Below are positions 25,655 to 38,572 of a DNA stretch of 64,000 nucleotides, one piece after another. The position numbers were made by a program, and so were the translations under genes. The DNA is from Octopus sinensis (Eukaryota). The stretch's first letter is position 1, and every line of letters begins with the position of its first letter. Location of the stretch: assembly GCF_006345805.1 (NCBI RefSeq), contig NC_042997.1:70928001-70992000 (forward strand), written 5' to 3'. The notes beneath the pieces were generated by a model. That model saw only the letters and a list, made by a program, of their open reading frames with translations, was not told the DNA's origin and did no database searches.

Positions 25655-27110
25655 ACTACAGGCCAATCTCTCTGACCTCACATATAAGTAAAGTCATGGC
25701 ACGAATCATCAGAAACAAGATGATAATGTTCCTAGAAGAAATTACCTACTGGACAATACACAGCATGGCTTCCATCCAGGAAGAAGCTGCCTCATACAAC
25801 TCCTACAGCACTTGTACTGAATTTTGAAACAGCTGGTTGACCATTCGGGTGTCATCGTGATGTACCTTGCCTTTGCAAAGGCGTTTGATAAGGTAGATCA
25901 TGACATGATATGTCATAAGCTATGAGACCTTGGCGTTGCTGGTAAACTGGGGGAGTGGCTGCGTGACTTCCTTAAAGACAGAAGTCAGGTAGTTGCAGCA
26001 AATGGTGTCCTTTCTGAGGAAACTCAAATCTCAAATAGTGTCTCCCTTCCGGGAACTGTTATGGGGCCATTACCGTTCATAATAGCCCTCTTAGACATGC
26101 CCACGGTCATTCGGACAGCCACTGTCACTAGCTATGCCTAAGATACAAAATTATCACACGCAATAATAAACCAAGATGGTGTCGCAAGCTTACAGCGGGA
26201 CCTGAATTTGATGTACAAGTGGGCCGAAATAAACAGTATACAGTTTAATGCGAAAAAATTTTAAGCACTGCACTATTAACTCACGAATGCACTACAGCCT
26301 GAATATACAGGAACCAAAGGCACAGACAGTGAAAAACTTGGGGATCAGTATATGCAGTGACGCATCATTTTATATGCACATTACCAAGATGACAGCAATG
26401 TTCAGACAACAGGTAGGATGGATACTGAGGTCCTTCAAGACAAGTGACTAACAAAATATGTTGACCCTGTGGAGAACATTTGTTCCCAGCTACCTGGACT
26501 ACTGCTCCCGGTTATGGTCACCACACAGTGCCAAGCTAACCGCGGAGCTTGAGACAGTCCAACGCCACTACGCTAAAGAGATTGAAACAGTACAGCGGAT
26601 GAGCTACAGGGAAAGGCTGAAAAACTACAGCTTTACTCCCTGAAGTGAATGCATGAGAAACATGCAATAAACTACATATCGAAAACTCTACAGGGTCTAG
26701 TTCTTCATTTTCGCATTGAGTGTTATATATATTCCAGAACCGGCCACCATTGTATTGTACCAAAGGTACCATCTACTCCATCTAAATTCAGGAACAGATA
26801 CTGCAATAGGATTACAGCTCTTCAATGCCCCACCATAAAATTTAAGAAACCTGCATAAGGTGGAAGTAGATGTCTTCAATAAGGAACTAGACATCCTCCT
26901 CTCCACAATACCGGATGAACCAAAATCCCGACATGAGGTGCAGACGAGGGCAGCAGAACCAAACTCCCTTATACACCAAATGGGCCAACAGCTGAGAGAA
27001 AGGCACATACAGAAGTGGTGACGTGAAACGCCCCAAACTAAGGAAATCAGAAAGACCGTAGTGATGGTCCAGCATGACCGCAGCTGCATAGCTGAAAGGA
27101 GTAAAAGAAT
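25655..27110 (+). mobile_element. CR1-superfamily LINE, 5'-truncated, RT to 3' tail
   Basis: YRPISLTSHISK; QHGFHPGRSC; YLAFAKAFDKVDH; GTVMGPL; YA*D at 26133-26144; LDYCSRLWSPH; LETVQR. Ends ...tccagcatgaccgcagctgcatagctgaaaggagtaaaaga. Confidence 0.88.
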
Positions 27111-27184
27111 ATTTATTTATTTATTTGTATGTATGTATGTGTGTCTGTGTGTGTATGTGTGTGTGAAAGAGTGTGTGTATGTGT

Positions 27185-27220
<36 letters not shown>

Positions 27221-27526
27221 ATTGCTTCAGAACCGATGCTGGCGTGTTTACGTTCCCGTAACTTAGTGGTTCGGCAAAAGAAACCGTATGGAAGACAATT
27301 AGTAGTGCTTCAAAAGATTCAAAGTTAGACTCCGATGTCTTTTAGTCTTGCTTTCTGTCTCTTTTGCATGTAGACATATATAAATACTTTGTATTTCATA
27401 CACAAACAAATATATTTAATATATTTAATATTTTTGATGCATTTAATTTTTCTATCTGCACAATTGCCTCTCTGTATATATGTGTGTAGTGTGTGTGTTT
27501 GCGTGTGTGTGTGTGTGTGCGTGCGC

Positions 27527-27605
<79 letters not shown>

Positions 27606-29594
27606 TGTATGTATGTGTGTTCATATCCACGAAAGTGCCAATCTGGAAAGTGAACCTAAGATTACAGAAATTTATTTCAACATTAAATAGAAGAAATAAC
27701 CTAAACTCATCATATATTGCAATCTATGTATGCTCAAAGATAATAATGCTAACCTATTTATCTTAATTAAAAAAGTTTCATCTATGGATAAACTTATGTA
27801 TATTCTCTACCGAAACATCCTCTGTGCCAGCGTCATCTTGCTGAAATTACATTACTATCAAAGAGTAAATGGAAGATTTATTACAATAGCAATAGTAATA
27901 ACTGTCCTTACCATCTTAATTAAATGAGTCTAAATTTTATGGAATATAAAACGCCCACAATTTGATTTGAGTACACAACTTCTCCACAAAGAAGCAAACT
28001 GGCTTATAAATATAAACTTATCCATATCATAGAATTCTCAAATTCAACAAAACTTCAACAAAAATTAACGATAATACTATAACAACATCACTGCTAACAG
28101 AAACTTAGAATTAGACTGTTATACTGCTGATACTAAAGTAGGATAGCGCGGGCGAGTATCTAATGGTCAATGGCAATTGATCCGAAGCTCAAAATATTTC
28201 TAACACTGAAACTATTTTTGACAACCTAGCAGTGATATGGGATGATGATATTCTTGAACAAGTATAAGATACAGATGTAAACGACAACCGTTTAGGACAA
28301 ATATACAGGAAGAATTTTCCAAACCAGAACATAATATAATAAATGAACAGCAGGAAATTATCAAAAAGTTGCCTAGGCAAACAACATGAAAGAAACGTAT
28401 GAAGCCTTTAATTTCTTGATGTTTTAACAACATCACTAATAAATCGCAAGGAGAGGAAATAGTACAAATATCTTGAAACCAGTGTGTTCCTCATGCCGTT
28501 AGGCATGCTCATAGATCACCTTTAGTATGGTTAGACGGCACTTCATCCGACTTTCGAAATATAGTTCAATGTATACAAAACGCTATTTGATATTTTTACA
28601 AAGTCATTATACCGCCAAAGGATATATGGAGATGTTTAGAGTAGCTACTTATTAAACAAAATGATAACAAAGAAACCGTAAGGAACGTTAGAGCCGTGAT
28701 TCTGATAGTTTGTTACGCAGGTAGATTATTATGACAGTTTTACAAATGTATGAAACCCCACGTTTACCTGTAAATGCTGTTCAGTAATTTCACAAGAGAT
28801 AAACTCTCCGATAAATCTAACAATACATTTTCAAAAATTCTCCTGCTGTATTTGTTTTCTCGCTAATCCGGTTATTATATCTCCTTATAAAATATGGTGT
28901 TACTGAAATCATAAACCTAACAACTTATCTCGGGTTTTCTTTGAACACTATCTGGAGCTCTACACATCACATTTTAAACATGTCAAAAAGAAACTCTAGC
29001 TCATTACCAAAGACACTAGAATAAAATTTGGTGAGTTCAGTCGTCCATTTATAGTGGTAAGATAAGAATAATTTATGCCTTATTAAGAAAATCTACAGAT
29101 GAATACAGTCAGGTGAAAACTATACCCGATTTGAACAAGATAAGTAACGTTTGGTACGATGCACTCATTGAAAAATTGAGAGCAATAAATATTAAAAAAA
29201 TTAAATAGCAAAGCAAGAATTTTTAATACAAATTGTTGCATTGTAAAAAATATCGCTTTAGACCTCTGAAATACACGTGATTCTTTAAAGTGGACATTAA
29301 TAGACTTAAGGAAATTTCAGTTTTATTTGAAATTTCAACATTTTTATAGATGTAAAAAACCTATAATTCCTATGCAAAGAAGTCCTCACTACATCAGGAA
29401 TGGACTATAACAACGAATCGGAATCTCGGTAGAGCAAACGGCTCAGAAGCTATTTTATTGAATAGAATAGTTCACTAAGAGAAATGCACATGGGTACTTA
29501 AAGCGTTAAACATAGACCATGGAAATAAATGACGCAGGAATTTGTTATGGGGTCCCGATATTTTATAATATCTCACCTTGAAGGTTACCTTTAA

Positions 29595-29720
29595 GCAATC
29601 CAGGAGCAAGAAATTCCCACCAAGAACCATCTGCAAAAGAGACAAAATCATCAGCTAACAACAAGTTTAGACTATGTAACAGCAAAACAGACTACCTTAG
29701 TCACAGCTACCTAAGAATAA
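29595..29720 (+). mobile_element. Very degraded RLE-type LINE CCHC-region fragment
   Basis: AIQEQEIPTK and, in a shifted frame, NNKFRLCNSK..SH. Confidence 0.35.
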
Positions 29721-30876
29721 TTTCGAGTTATTACCTTCCCGTGACTGGAATGAGGCAAGGAAGATTTAACAAATAATAATGTATAAATATAAGCACATTG
29801 AAACTGATAGATCAAAAGAAATATTGGTTGAATCTGAATTTTAAACATCGTAACATATACTATGAATGTTCGTTATCACCTTAACGTCCACAAGGTAAGA
29901 GTACTGATCAAATAGTTTAATCCCATAGGATAAAAGTACTGAAAAGCAGATATACTGAAAGAGACTACTGATGAAGTGTTTACGAATCCAACTCAAAATA
30001 CACTTTCACCACTCATTGGTATTACTGCAACAAAGATGCAACCACCAGGTAGTTCTAAATGCGCCTGAATTCGTATTTCTAGAGAAAGCCCATATTTTAC
30101 AATTTAGTTATAGTAAATGAACATATATCAGAAAGAAAAGTAATCTGAAAGGTCTTTTAGTATTTACAGAGTAGTGGCCGCGCATGGAAAGATGAATAGG
30201 GCAAGACAATCTTTTTAACTATATTTTCTTTTCAATCATATCACTAAGTGGGCGGACAGTGAAAACAACACCATAACAGAAACCATATCTATATATAGAT
30301 ATATAGATAATCAACATGCAGATATATCAACATTGCAAATGAATATATCAACATTACATACAAATAAAAAGAAACCATACATGGCTACTTGAAACGCAGA
30401 GTTTAGAATGTTGTCAATAACGACAGGAGAATTATAAAATCACTTCGACTTGTATAAGAAACATCATTTCCCATTTAGAAGAAAAGATACTTGCGAATTC
30501 ATTTTAAACAGTTGAGTAAAAATTACTGAAGCCTTTAATATCCCCAATACCCAGCTTAAATATTGATTGTTACATTTTATTTGAAGATTATATGTAGTCC
30601 TCAAGACATTACTTTCCTATCAATATACAACGCCACCAACGCGAAACATTTCACTCAAAATCTTGGAGTTATTGAAACACAATCCACAATGGAATGTGCA
30701 ACTCGTTTCCTCGAAATGCTAGAAAAAAGCAGATGAATTACGCCTGATAATGCCCTTATTTTTAAAAAGTTGAATGAGATATTCGATAATACAAGTCTGG
30801 ATTGAATATTTGCAATAATTATGAATATCTTTGATCAGCGTTGACATGAGGCTAAACAACAACAACAACAACAACA

Positions 30877-30925
<49 letters not shown>

Positions 30926-32374
30926 AGGCTGGTTTCGTGAAGAACAGCAAGCGATATTCCTAGGGATATGTTGTCAGTCGTTTGCTTAGATGGATAAAAA
31001 AAAAAGTACGTTTGATGCTTAATCTTGTAGGCATAAATATGGCGTATTTCTGGTTAGTTTCATTGCGAAGTGAATTTTCATTTCTGGTTAGTTTCATTAA
31101 GGCATTAGCAAAGAGGTTTTGTGCGATAGAGTGTTTCATTATATTGTTTAGGTGCAGATTGGTTTTCGGATTGACAAAGTCATCAAGAGGATTTGGAGTA
31201 TCAGTAAGCATGTGAGAGACACAGATAACTAACGATACTGTTTTAGAAAATTCGGAATGGCAAACAATTCAGTCTTTGTACTGGCAAACTTAGCACCATA
31301 TTGTATTAAAAAGGTAAACTATGTTGGCTAATGTAACCTAACAAATACGTAACTAAACGGAATGTTTATGGTTGGAATGCCTCTGATTATAGATCTGTTC
31401 GATCAGAGCTGACATAAGGTAAAATGCAGCGATTGGATTTCAGTGAACGAGAGGCAGAAGAGAGGTTTGTAATAAAAATCCAAAGTTAGAGTAACATCAA
31501 ATATGTCGATGAGTATGTTGGCAAGTTCAATGCTCGATTCTACTCCCATGCAAACACCACCTTTCAGAGTATAAATCATAGTGACAACAATAAAGTTAGG
31601 AGGTTATGTAGAAGATGAGAGGTCTATGTTCAGAAGAATAGGAGGGCTGGTTAGCATTTTAACGAAGCTGCGTTCTCGGCTGAAAGGATGTCTACGAAAA
31701 GAATACAAAATAAACTTGAAAACGATTTTAGCTACCTCGGAAATGAAACTGTCATATTTAGTGATATTCAATAATGAGAAAATTGTTGGTTATGCAAAAC
31801 CATATTTTTATTTAATGATTAAATTTCCCTGGGTTTTCTTTGTGTCTTAGTTCCTTCTACAATGAACGAATTAAAAAAATTCAATACACATCCCAAAGTA
31901 TGTTTAAAACAAAAACTCATATTTATCAAGTGTGCACCTGAATTATCAAGTTTTCTCATTAGGGTAAATCCGTGTAATGTCCGTAAATGTATTTTTACGA
32001 AGCGAACATATTGCATATATCACTGTCGACATATTCACATACATGCACATATACACAGATTCGCGCATATCTAAGAGTGTATATATATATATGTGTGCCT
32101 AAGTTAAGTATTACCTCAAAAACAATAGGTGTGTAAATCGGTTGATATGCTATAGTCATATAATATGAACAGTCACGCTCCTATAGTCGTGATAAGAATG
32201 TGGATAATGGTAGTTTTACTATCGTGGGGATGATATATATATAAACAGTGTTATAACAAATAAAAATATACAAGAATTAATATAAAAGTGAAATATAAAA
32301 TATAAAATCGGAAATATTTGCATGAAGATGATTATTATCGGAGATAAGAAAAGAGAGCGATAAAAGGTGTATAT

Positions 32375-32440
<66 letters not shown>

Positions 32441-33023
32441 ATAAAAAAGAATGCGGAATTATAAAAGGAAGATATGTGAAATTAGTTTTGTTTTTGTTTC
32501 AGAAATCGGAAAACGATAGGAATGAGCAGCGAAAGAGGGAGGTATTTTTCAGTAAGAAAAAAATCTCTATAAAAATACAATATAAAAATTGATAAAATCA
32601 AAGAATAAGATAAAATCATTTGCGTGAAGAGAAGAGCCTTCAGGGTAATGTTAGTAATCAAACTTAACTCAAGCATATGTCTTTCGCTGCTTGTCGCCAT
32701 TAGTTTCCCAATTATTCTGACATTTTTTCCAATCATCTTCTGTTACAGAGTTACTATCGAGTAAAGTCTTCATATCTCAGTGAACCGATTGAGAATCGAA
32801 TAAAAACAAACCAACAAGGATGTGTACATGTGTACATGTGTATATGTGATTGTTGGATGAATTAAATATGATCTTCATACAAGGTGTTAGAAGCAACCTC
32901 CATGTATGCAAATATGGGAGTCAGTATGCACATATGTGAAGATATACACATATACACCTACACATATGTATACATATATTTCCATATACACATATTTTCG
33001 ATCAAATATCCTGCGATTATGCA

Positions 33024-33027
<4 letters not shown>

Positions 33028-33116
<89 letters not shown>

Positions 33117-33170
33117 AGATATATAAATACGCACATACGTCTAGGCATATATTTCAATATACTGATATAC

Positions 33171-33222
<52 letters not shown>

Positions 33223-33490
33223 GAAAGAGCCTTGTATCTAGGTTAGAAACCGGGTCTCTATTGGCAAGAAATCTTAAAATAAACTGAATAATGATACGTA
33301 TATGTATACAAACATACATGCATACATACATACATACATACATACATAATACATACATACATAAATACATACATACATACATACATACATACATACATAC
33401 ATACATAAGTACATGCATAAGTACATGCATAAGTACATACAAATACTCCGACACACCGACACACACACACACTTATATATATATATATAA
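33028..33490. repeat. Microsatellite cluster: (TA)n, (GATA)n, (CATA)n, (CA)n
   Basis: Direct reading; comparable clusters at 4230-4350, 8650-8790, 9170-9430, 14965-15080, 22935-22997, 27490-27610, 35108-35200, 38225-38340, 40460-40850, 42295-42390 and 61830-62030. Confidence 0.97.
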
Positions 33491-33754
33491 CAATGAAAAG
33501 AATAAGACAAAGAAAATTCTTTAACACATCTTTAATTATAAATTAAAAATGTTTCCGTAGCATCTCCATTTGAAACACCACTTTACGAGGAAACTCTAAA
33601 AGAAGAATCACAGTTTTAGGCGGTGGAGAAACACTTCCTCAGAATTGCATTACAGGCGTGCTATTACATAGTGTGTATATCAGAACTTGTTGCTAGGAAA
33701 GTTTCGGGAGGAAATAAAAAAGGAAAAATTAAAAAAGAGTGTATGAAGGATGAG

Positions 33755-33795
<41 letters not shown>

Positions 33796-33961
33796 TGAGA
33801 TTGGGGTTGTAAAAGCAACCCTCCATGGGATAACATATATCCAATATACTGCTCGTGAAGTACCCAACAAAGTTAATACATAAATGTTAATGATTGCGAT
33901 GCAATTAATTCATTTCCTGTATTATATGGGCAAAGGTAAAATGATTTACCACAAATTACTA

Positions 33962-34054
33962 ATACAAGATAAGAAAATGGAGAAATACATCTAAATCAAA
34001 TTTGATTTAGATAATTGATATTTGATTTAGATGTATTTCTCCATTTTCTTATCT

Positions 34055-34059
<5 letters not shown>
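33962..34059. repeat. Nested fold-back (40-bp perfect arms) abutting (TA)n
   Basis: 33962-34001 is the reverse complement of 34020-34059; an internal 24-bp perfect palindrome spans 33989-34012. Confidence 0.9.
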
Positions 34060-34095
<36 letters not shown>

Positions 34096-35112
34096 GAAGT
34101 ATATATGAAGGGACATAGATAAAACGACGGATATCTAATTTGTATACGTATATGTATTTTTGCGCATATGTGTGTGTGTGTGGCTACCAGAGAAGAACGT
34201 TATTGAGGACGAGTTATCTCCCCAGGTTCAGAGGGTAAATGAAAGCTAGCATCTATGTTACCAGCAGTGGTACCCACACTTCAGCGCCAACCGTATGACC
34301 CGAGACGTCAATCACGACGATGATAACCGCGGCGACTACAGATAAACCAGTACCTCCCGACCAGTAGACCATAATGGCAGCATAAACACCAACAGCATCC
34401 CCAGTCCCGGAGCCTACCAGAGATACACCAGAAATGCGAATGTAGCAACCACCCATCCCTGTAAATATATCAGATCGGTCAGCAATAGCTTTCAAGCGAT
34501 CCTTCTCCAAACACAAGACACCCTTCAGCGTCTCAGAAAGACGTTTTGTCACGTCCCTGCCCAGCCATGTGCAGAAACTCTAAAATCAAGGGCCCGCTTG
34601 ATATCAGGGGAGCAGATCATTTAACATCTAGACCTATAAATTAATGGGAGTGAGTCCTGCAAAATCTTTATTGCAGAGAGAACCAACATTCTTAAAATCT
34701 ATGCTAAACCTGAAACTTTAAATAATTGTAAAGAAATATTCTCAAAATGTGTTCATTTCAAGCGCTACCTACTGGAGAATTGGGTCTCCCCGTTTGTCGA
34801 TTAGGCTAATAAGAGACCTTAATGAAATAAATCCTAACTTCCATTTATCCCCTGGTCCAGGGGGACAAAACCCGTCCTCAATTTTTTTCTGATTGCCGTT
34901 TGCCCATTTTGTCCTAACGTTTCTCCGCCTCCGCGAAGCGAAAAGTTGAATTTGTCTTTGTATAGAGTCTGATGAGCAGTCCTCAAAGCTGTAGCTTTTG
35001 TGGATAAGAAACCATGGGTCACTCTATGACCAGACTTTATTTTATTTTTAATACTTACTGCTTTATTCTTTAGAGTGTGCTTCTTATACTGATATTTTAT
35101 ATGGACAATATA

Positions 35113-35182
<70 letters not shown>

Positions 35183-35409
35183 ATATATATATATATATGT
35201 ATGTATGTATGTATGCATATAAAAATGTACATAAATGAATTAAGAGTAATGATAATGTTATTTCGTCAAAATCCTTATTATATATAAACATGAGAGACTT
35301 CCCCGTTGAAGACGACGTATGAGTCTTCAGCTGTTGCCTAAAGATCTGCACAAATGATTTGCTTATAAGGATCACACTCCCTCTAAAAAATCGATGTTGC
35401 CTGATTAGG

Positions 35410-35563
35410 TGCATGGTGTACAAAATGTCAAGTGTCGAAGTGATCGCAGAGCAACGTGAGATACAGTATTTTCCTTAAGAACAAAACAGCAACCGTTCAA
35501 GGAATTGAAACCACGATCTCGTGATCGTGAGCGCAACACAAAGGCCACTAGACCATGTGCCCT
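35410..35563 (-). mobile_element. SINE head fragment
   Basis: Reverse complement gcacatggtctagtgg..gtggtttcaattcc (A/B-box-like). Confidence 0.5.
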
Positions 35564-35839
35564 GTATATATATGAATGTATGTAAGTATTTAAGTATATA
35601 TATATAAGACAGCTAAAAACAACCACATGTATCCTGTTGAGACCAGTAAAAAACAATTATGAACTTTTTTATTACACTTAACTTTTTAAAATAATTTTTC
35701 ATAAGGTTCGTTTTTTTCAAGAAGAACCGCAACATGTAAAATTTCTAAGAAAATTAAAATTTATCTTAAATAGTGTCGTTTTTCAAACTTCTTTTTTCTA
35801 AATATATATATATACATATACATACATATGTATATATAT

Positions 35840-35883
<44 letters not shown>

Positions 35884-36008
35884 TATATATATCATGATGC
35901 ATATATGCCATTTGAATATGGCTAACCCATAAGGGTGGATGCTACTGTAGTTTGTAGCCCCAGGAAGATATCTCCTCCAGCTGGCTATAGACACACTATC
36001 TGTGTCCT

Positions 36009-36076
<68 letters not shown>

Positions 36077-36200
36077 ATTTTAAAGTCCACGAGGATTACA
36101 AATACAGTTTTAGAAGTGTAAAGGAGACTTTTCTGAAAAAATATTTCTTTAAAATATTGTTATCAAAATGAGGATGATACTCACAAAATGAGGATGATAC

Positions 36201-36231
<31 letters not shown>

Positions 36232-36254
36232 GTGTGTATATATATACACATATA

Positions 36255-36400
36255 TGGTGGGTCTCTTTTAGATTCCGCTGCGAGATCCGCGTACAGGATT
36301 TACCCGAGGCTATAGTAGAAGACACTCGCCTAAGGAGCTAGGCATTGACAATGAAAATCAAGCCGTGTCGTTGGGAACCAAGCATTGATTTTCTGTTGCC
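36255..36400 (-). mobile_element. SINE family A head fragment (another at ~41165-41270)
   Basis: cccgaggctatagtagaagacactcgcctaagg. Confidence 0.55.
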
Positions 36401-36483
36401 TTACTAAAGTCCATAGGACAACATGACATTTGAAATGATATTACAAAGAATTGTCTGGCAATGAAGCAAATCTCTATAGAGAA

Positions 36484-36488
36484 TATTA

Positions 36489-36555
<67 letters not shown>

Positions 36556-36557
36556 CA

Positions 36558-36598
<41 letters not shown>

Positions 36599-36614
36599 GT
36601 TATTATTATTGTTC

Positions 36615-36655
<41 letters not shown>

Positions 36656-36680
36656 GTTATTATCATTTTTATTATTATAA
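36484..36680. repeat. (ATT)n microsatellite
   Basis: Direct reading. Confidence 0.97.
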
Positions 36681-37156
36681 AGAAAAAGTTGTTATATAAA
36701 GTATATATGTGAGTCTATGAATGTTTAACCGTAGAGGGGCGCGCGCGCACACACACGTAAACACACACAATGTCAGGCCTGTCAATTCTGATTGATATTA
36801 ATCCAACATGCTTTCTTGCATGAACTATTTCGGTATTTTACATAGGTGTATAAATACGCACACACGCATACACACACACTTACACGCACATATACATATA
36901 CACATGTGTATGCGAGTATTCCTTTATATATATATATATTATATATATATATATTATATATATAATATATATATACAGAGAGAGAGAGAGAAAAAGAGAG
37001 GGAGAGAGTTAGAGGATATAGTAACTGACTAAGGGATAAAATATCCGTATATACTATCGGTATATATATATATATATATACACACACACAATATGTGTGT
37101 ATACACACACACACACACACAGAACTGTGTATGTTTATTCATACGTACACACACAA

Positions 37157-37242
<86 letters not shown>

Positions 37243-37427
37243 GGTGTTGACTAAAAGTCACCTGACAATAAATAAAAAAACGATATAATTCCAATACTCA
37301 TGTTTAACAACTGAATGAATTTGATAAAACCCTGTAAATATGAAACATTATGAAAATTGCTCAAACTGAAGAATGTTGATTTACTGTCGAGTGACTTTTG
37401 GCCAACCCTCTATATATAGATGACAAA

Positions 37428-37688
37428 ATGGACAAAGACGAAACGAGCAAATACAGTTTTGCGACTAAAATACATGACTAGAGGGGGAAATATTGAAGGG
37501 TATAGACAACAGTAAATAGCAAGACAGAACCGCTTGGCAGCCAGTAAGACAGAATGAAGGAAAACTGGCCTTGGGTCACGTGTCAGCAGCAGGCAGAAGA
37601 GAAAGGGAGAGGGAAAAACAGAGAGAAGATAGAAATAAGGGAAGAAAGGAAGGGGAAAAGAAGAAAGACTACAAATACAAGAGACAGG

Positions 37689-37754
<66 letters not shown>

Positions 37755-37932
37755 AAAGTAGATAGGCTAAATATAGAAGTAACAGGGTGAGAGAGAAAAG
37801 AGAGAGTAGAGTCACAGAGAATATATGTAAACTTAGTCTTGCTATATTCTGTTGTCTATATCCTTCAGGATTTTTCTAAGCGTTACCCACCATTCCGCAA
37901 GACCGGAATTTGCTCGTTTCGTCTTTCTCCAT
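37428..37932. repeat. Imperfect ~98-bp inverted repeats around a purine-rich/(GA)n core
   Basis: 37428-37525 vs reverse complement of 37836-37932: outer 25 nt 24/25, inner 32 nt 29/32, middle diverged. Confidence 0.75.
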
Positions 37933-38246
37933 CGTCTTAGATTATATCTTTTTACTTTCGTAGGTCCACTGTGTCGTTTTCTCTGCTTGAGGCCCGATTC
38001 TCTGCGTCTTTCGCCGGCACCGCCAAGATGGGAATCCCCTCAGTCGTATTAAAGGTGCGAAACAGAGTATTATCATTCTGGTTGATAACTGTTGAAGAAT
38101 TAGGCCCACTGTATCTTATACGAATACGTTTTTTTTTATCTGTCGTTGTTTATTTACAATGCACTTTTTCATTTTTTTGTAACGGTACGCAAAAACACCA
38201 GACGTTTATTAACAGTGAGTTTATTTATATATATATATATATAATA

Positions 38247-38293
<47 letters not shown>

Positions 38294-38535
38294 ATATATA
38301 TTATATAATATATGTATATATATATAATATATATATAGATAAGAGAAAAAAATCTATCAGAAAGGAACTCTATCTCTCTTAAAAAAATATCTTTTGATAA
38401 GCATAACAAATGCGCAACCGGTAAAAAGAACTTTCACCTAATTAAATACACTCTCCCTTACTTAATTATTTTGTCAGCATTTTCTTCATTTCCTTTTTTT
38501 ATATATCACAACTCGTGTTCCACATCTCCTTTTTT

Positions 38536-38572
<37 letters not shown>

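Noticed and set aside
31500-31580. Minus-strand IYTLKGGVCMGVESSIELANILIDIFD resembling PLE RT domain 4
   Set aside because: Only ~27 residues of pattern similarity, with no downstream DD motif; could be chance.
33600-33660. Minus-strand CTGAGGA with downstream AAAAC
   Set aside because: No convincing stem I, stem II or GAAA.
34253-34552. 99-aa minus-strand ORF as Lhx2/9 exon 1 or a small membrane protein
   Set aside because: GTG start, only a weak donor (GTAACA), and better explained as the antisense of a decayed + strand frame. Kept only as a low-interest finding.
35300-35340. Hammerhead-like TTGAAGA-cgac..gtc motif
   Set aside because: GAAA is absent and C3 is changed without a compensating A8; it is just a 7-bp hairpin (35307-35313 / 35323-35329).
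36358-36712. Poly-I, poly-L and poly-Y ORFs, and the many IY, CV, TH, YV, S and E/K-run ORFs in the track
   Set aside because: Translations of microsatellites that lack stop codons; no coding evidence.
37891-37932. Candidate Lhx2/9 exon 1 (MEKDETSKFRSCGM followed by a phase-0 GTGGGT donor)
   Set aside because: Phase-compatible, but it lies in one arm of an inverted repeat, has a weak donor and shows no similarity to known Lhx2/9 N-termini.
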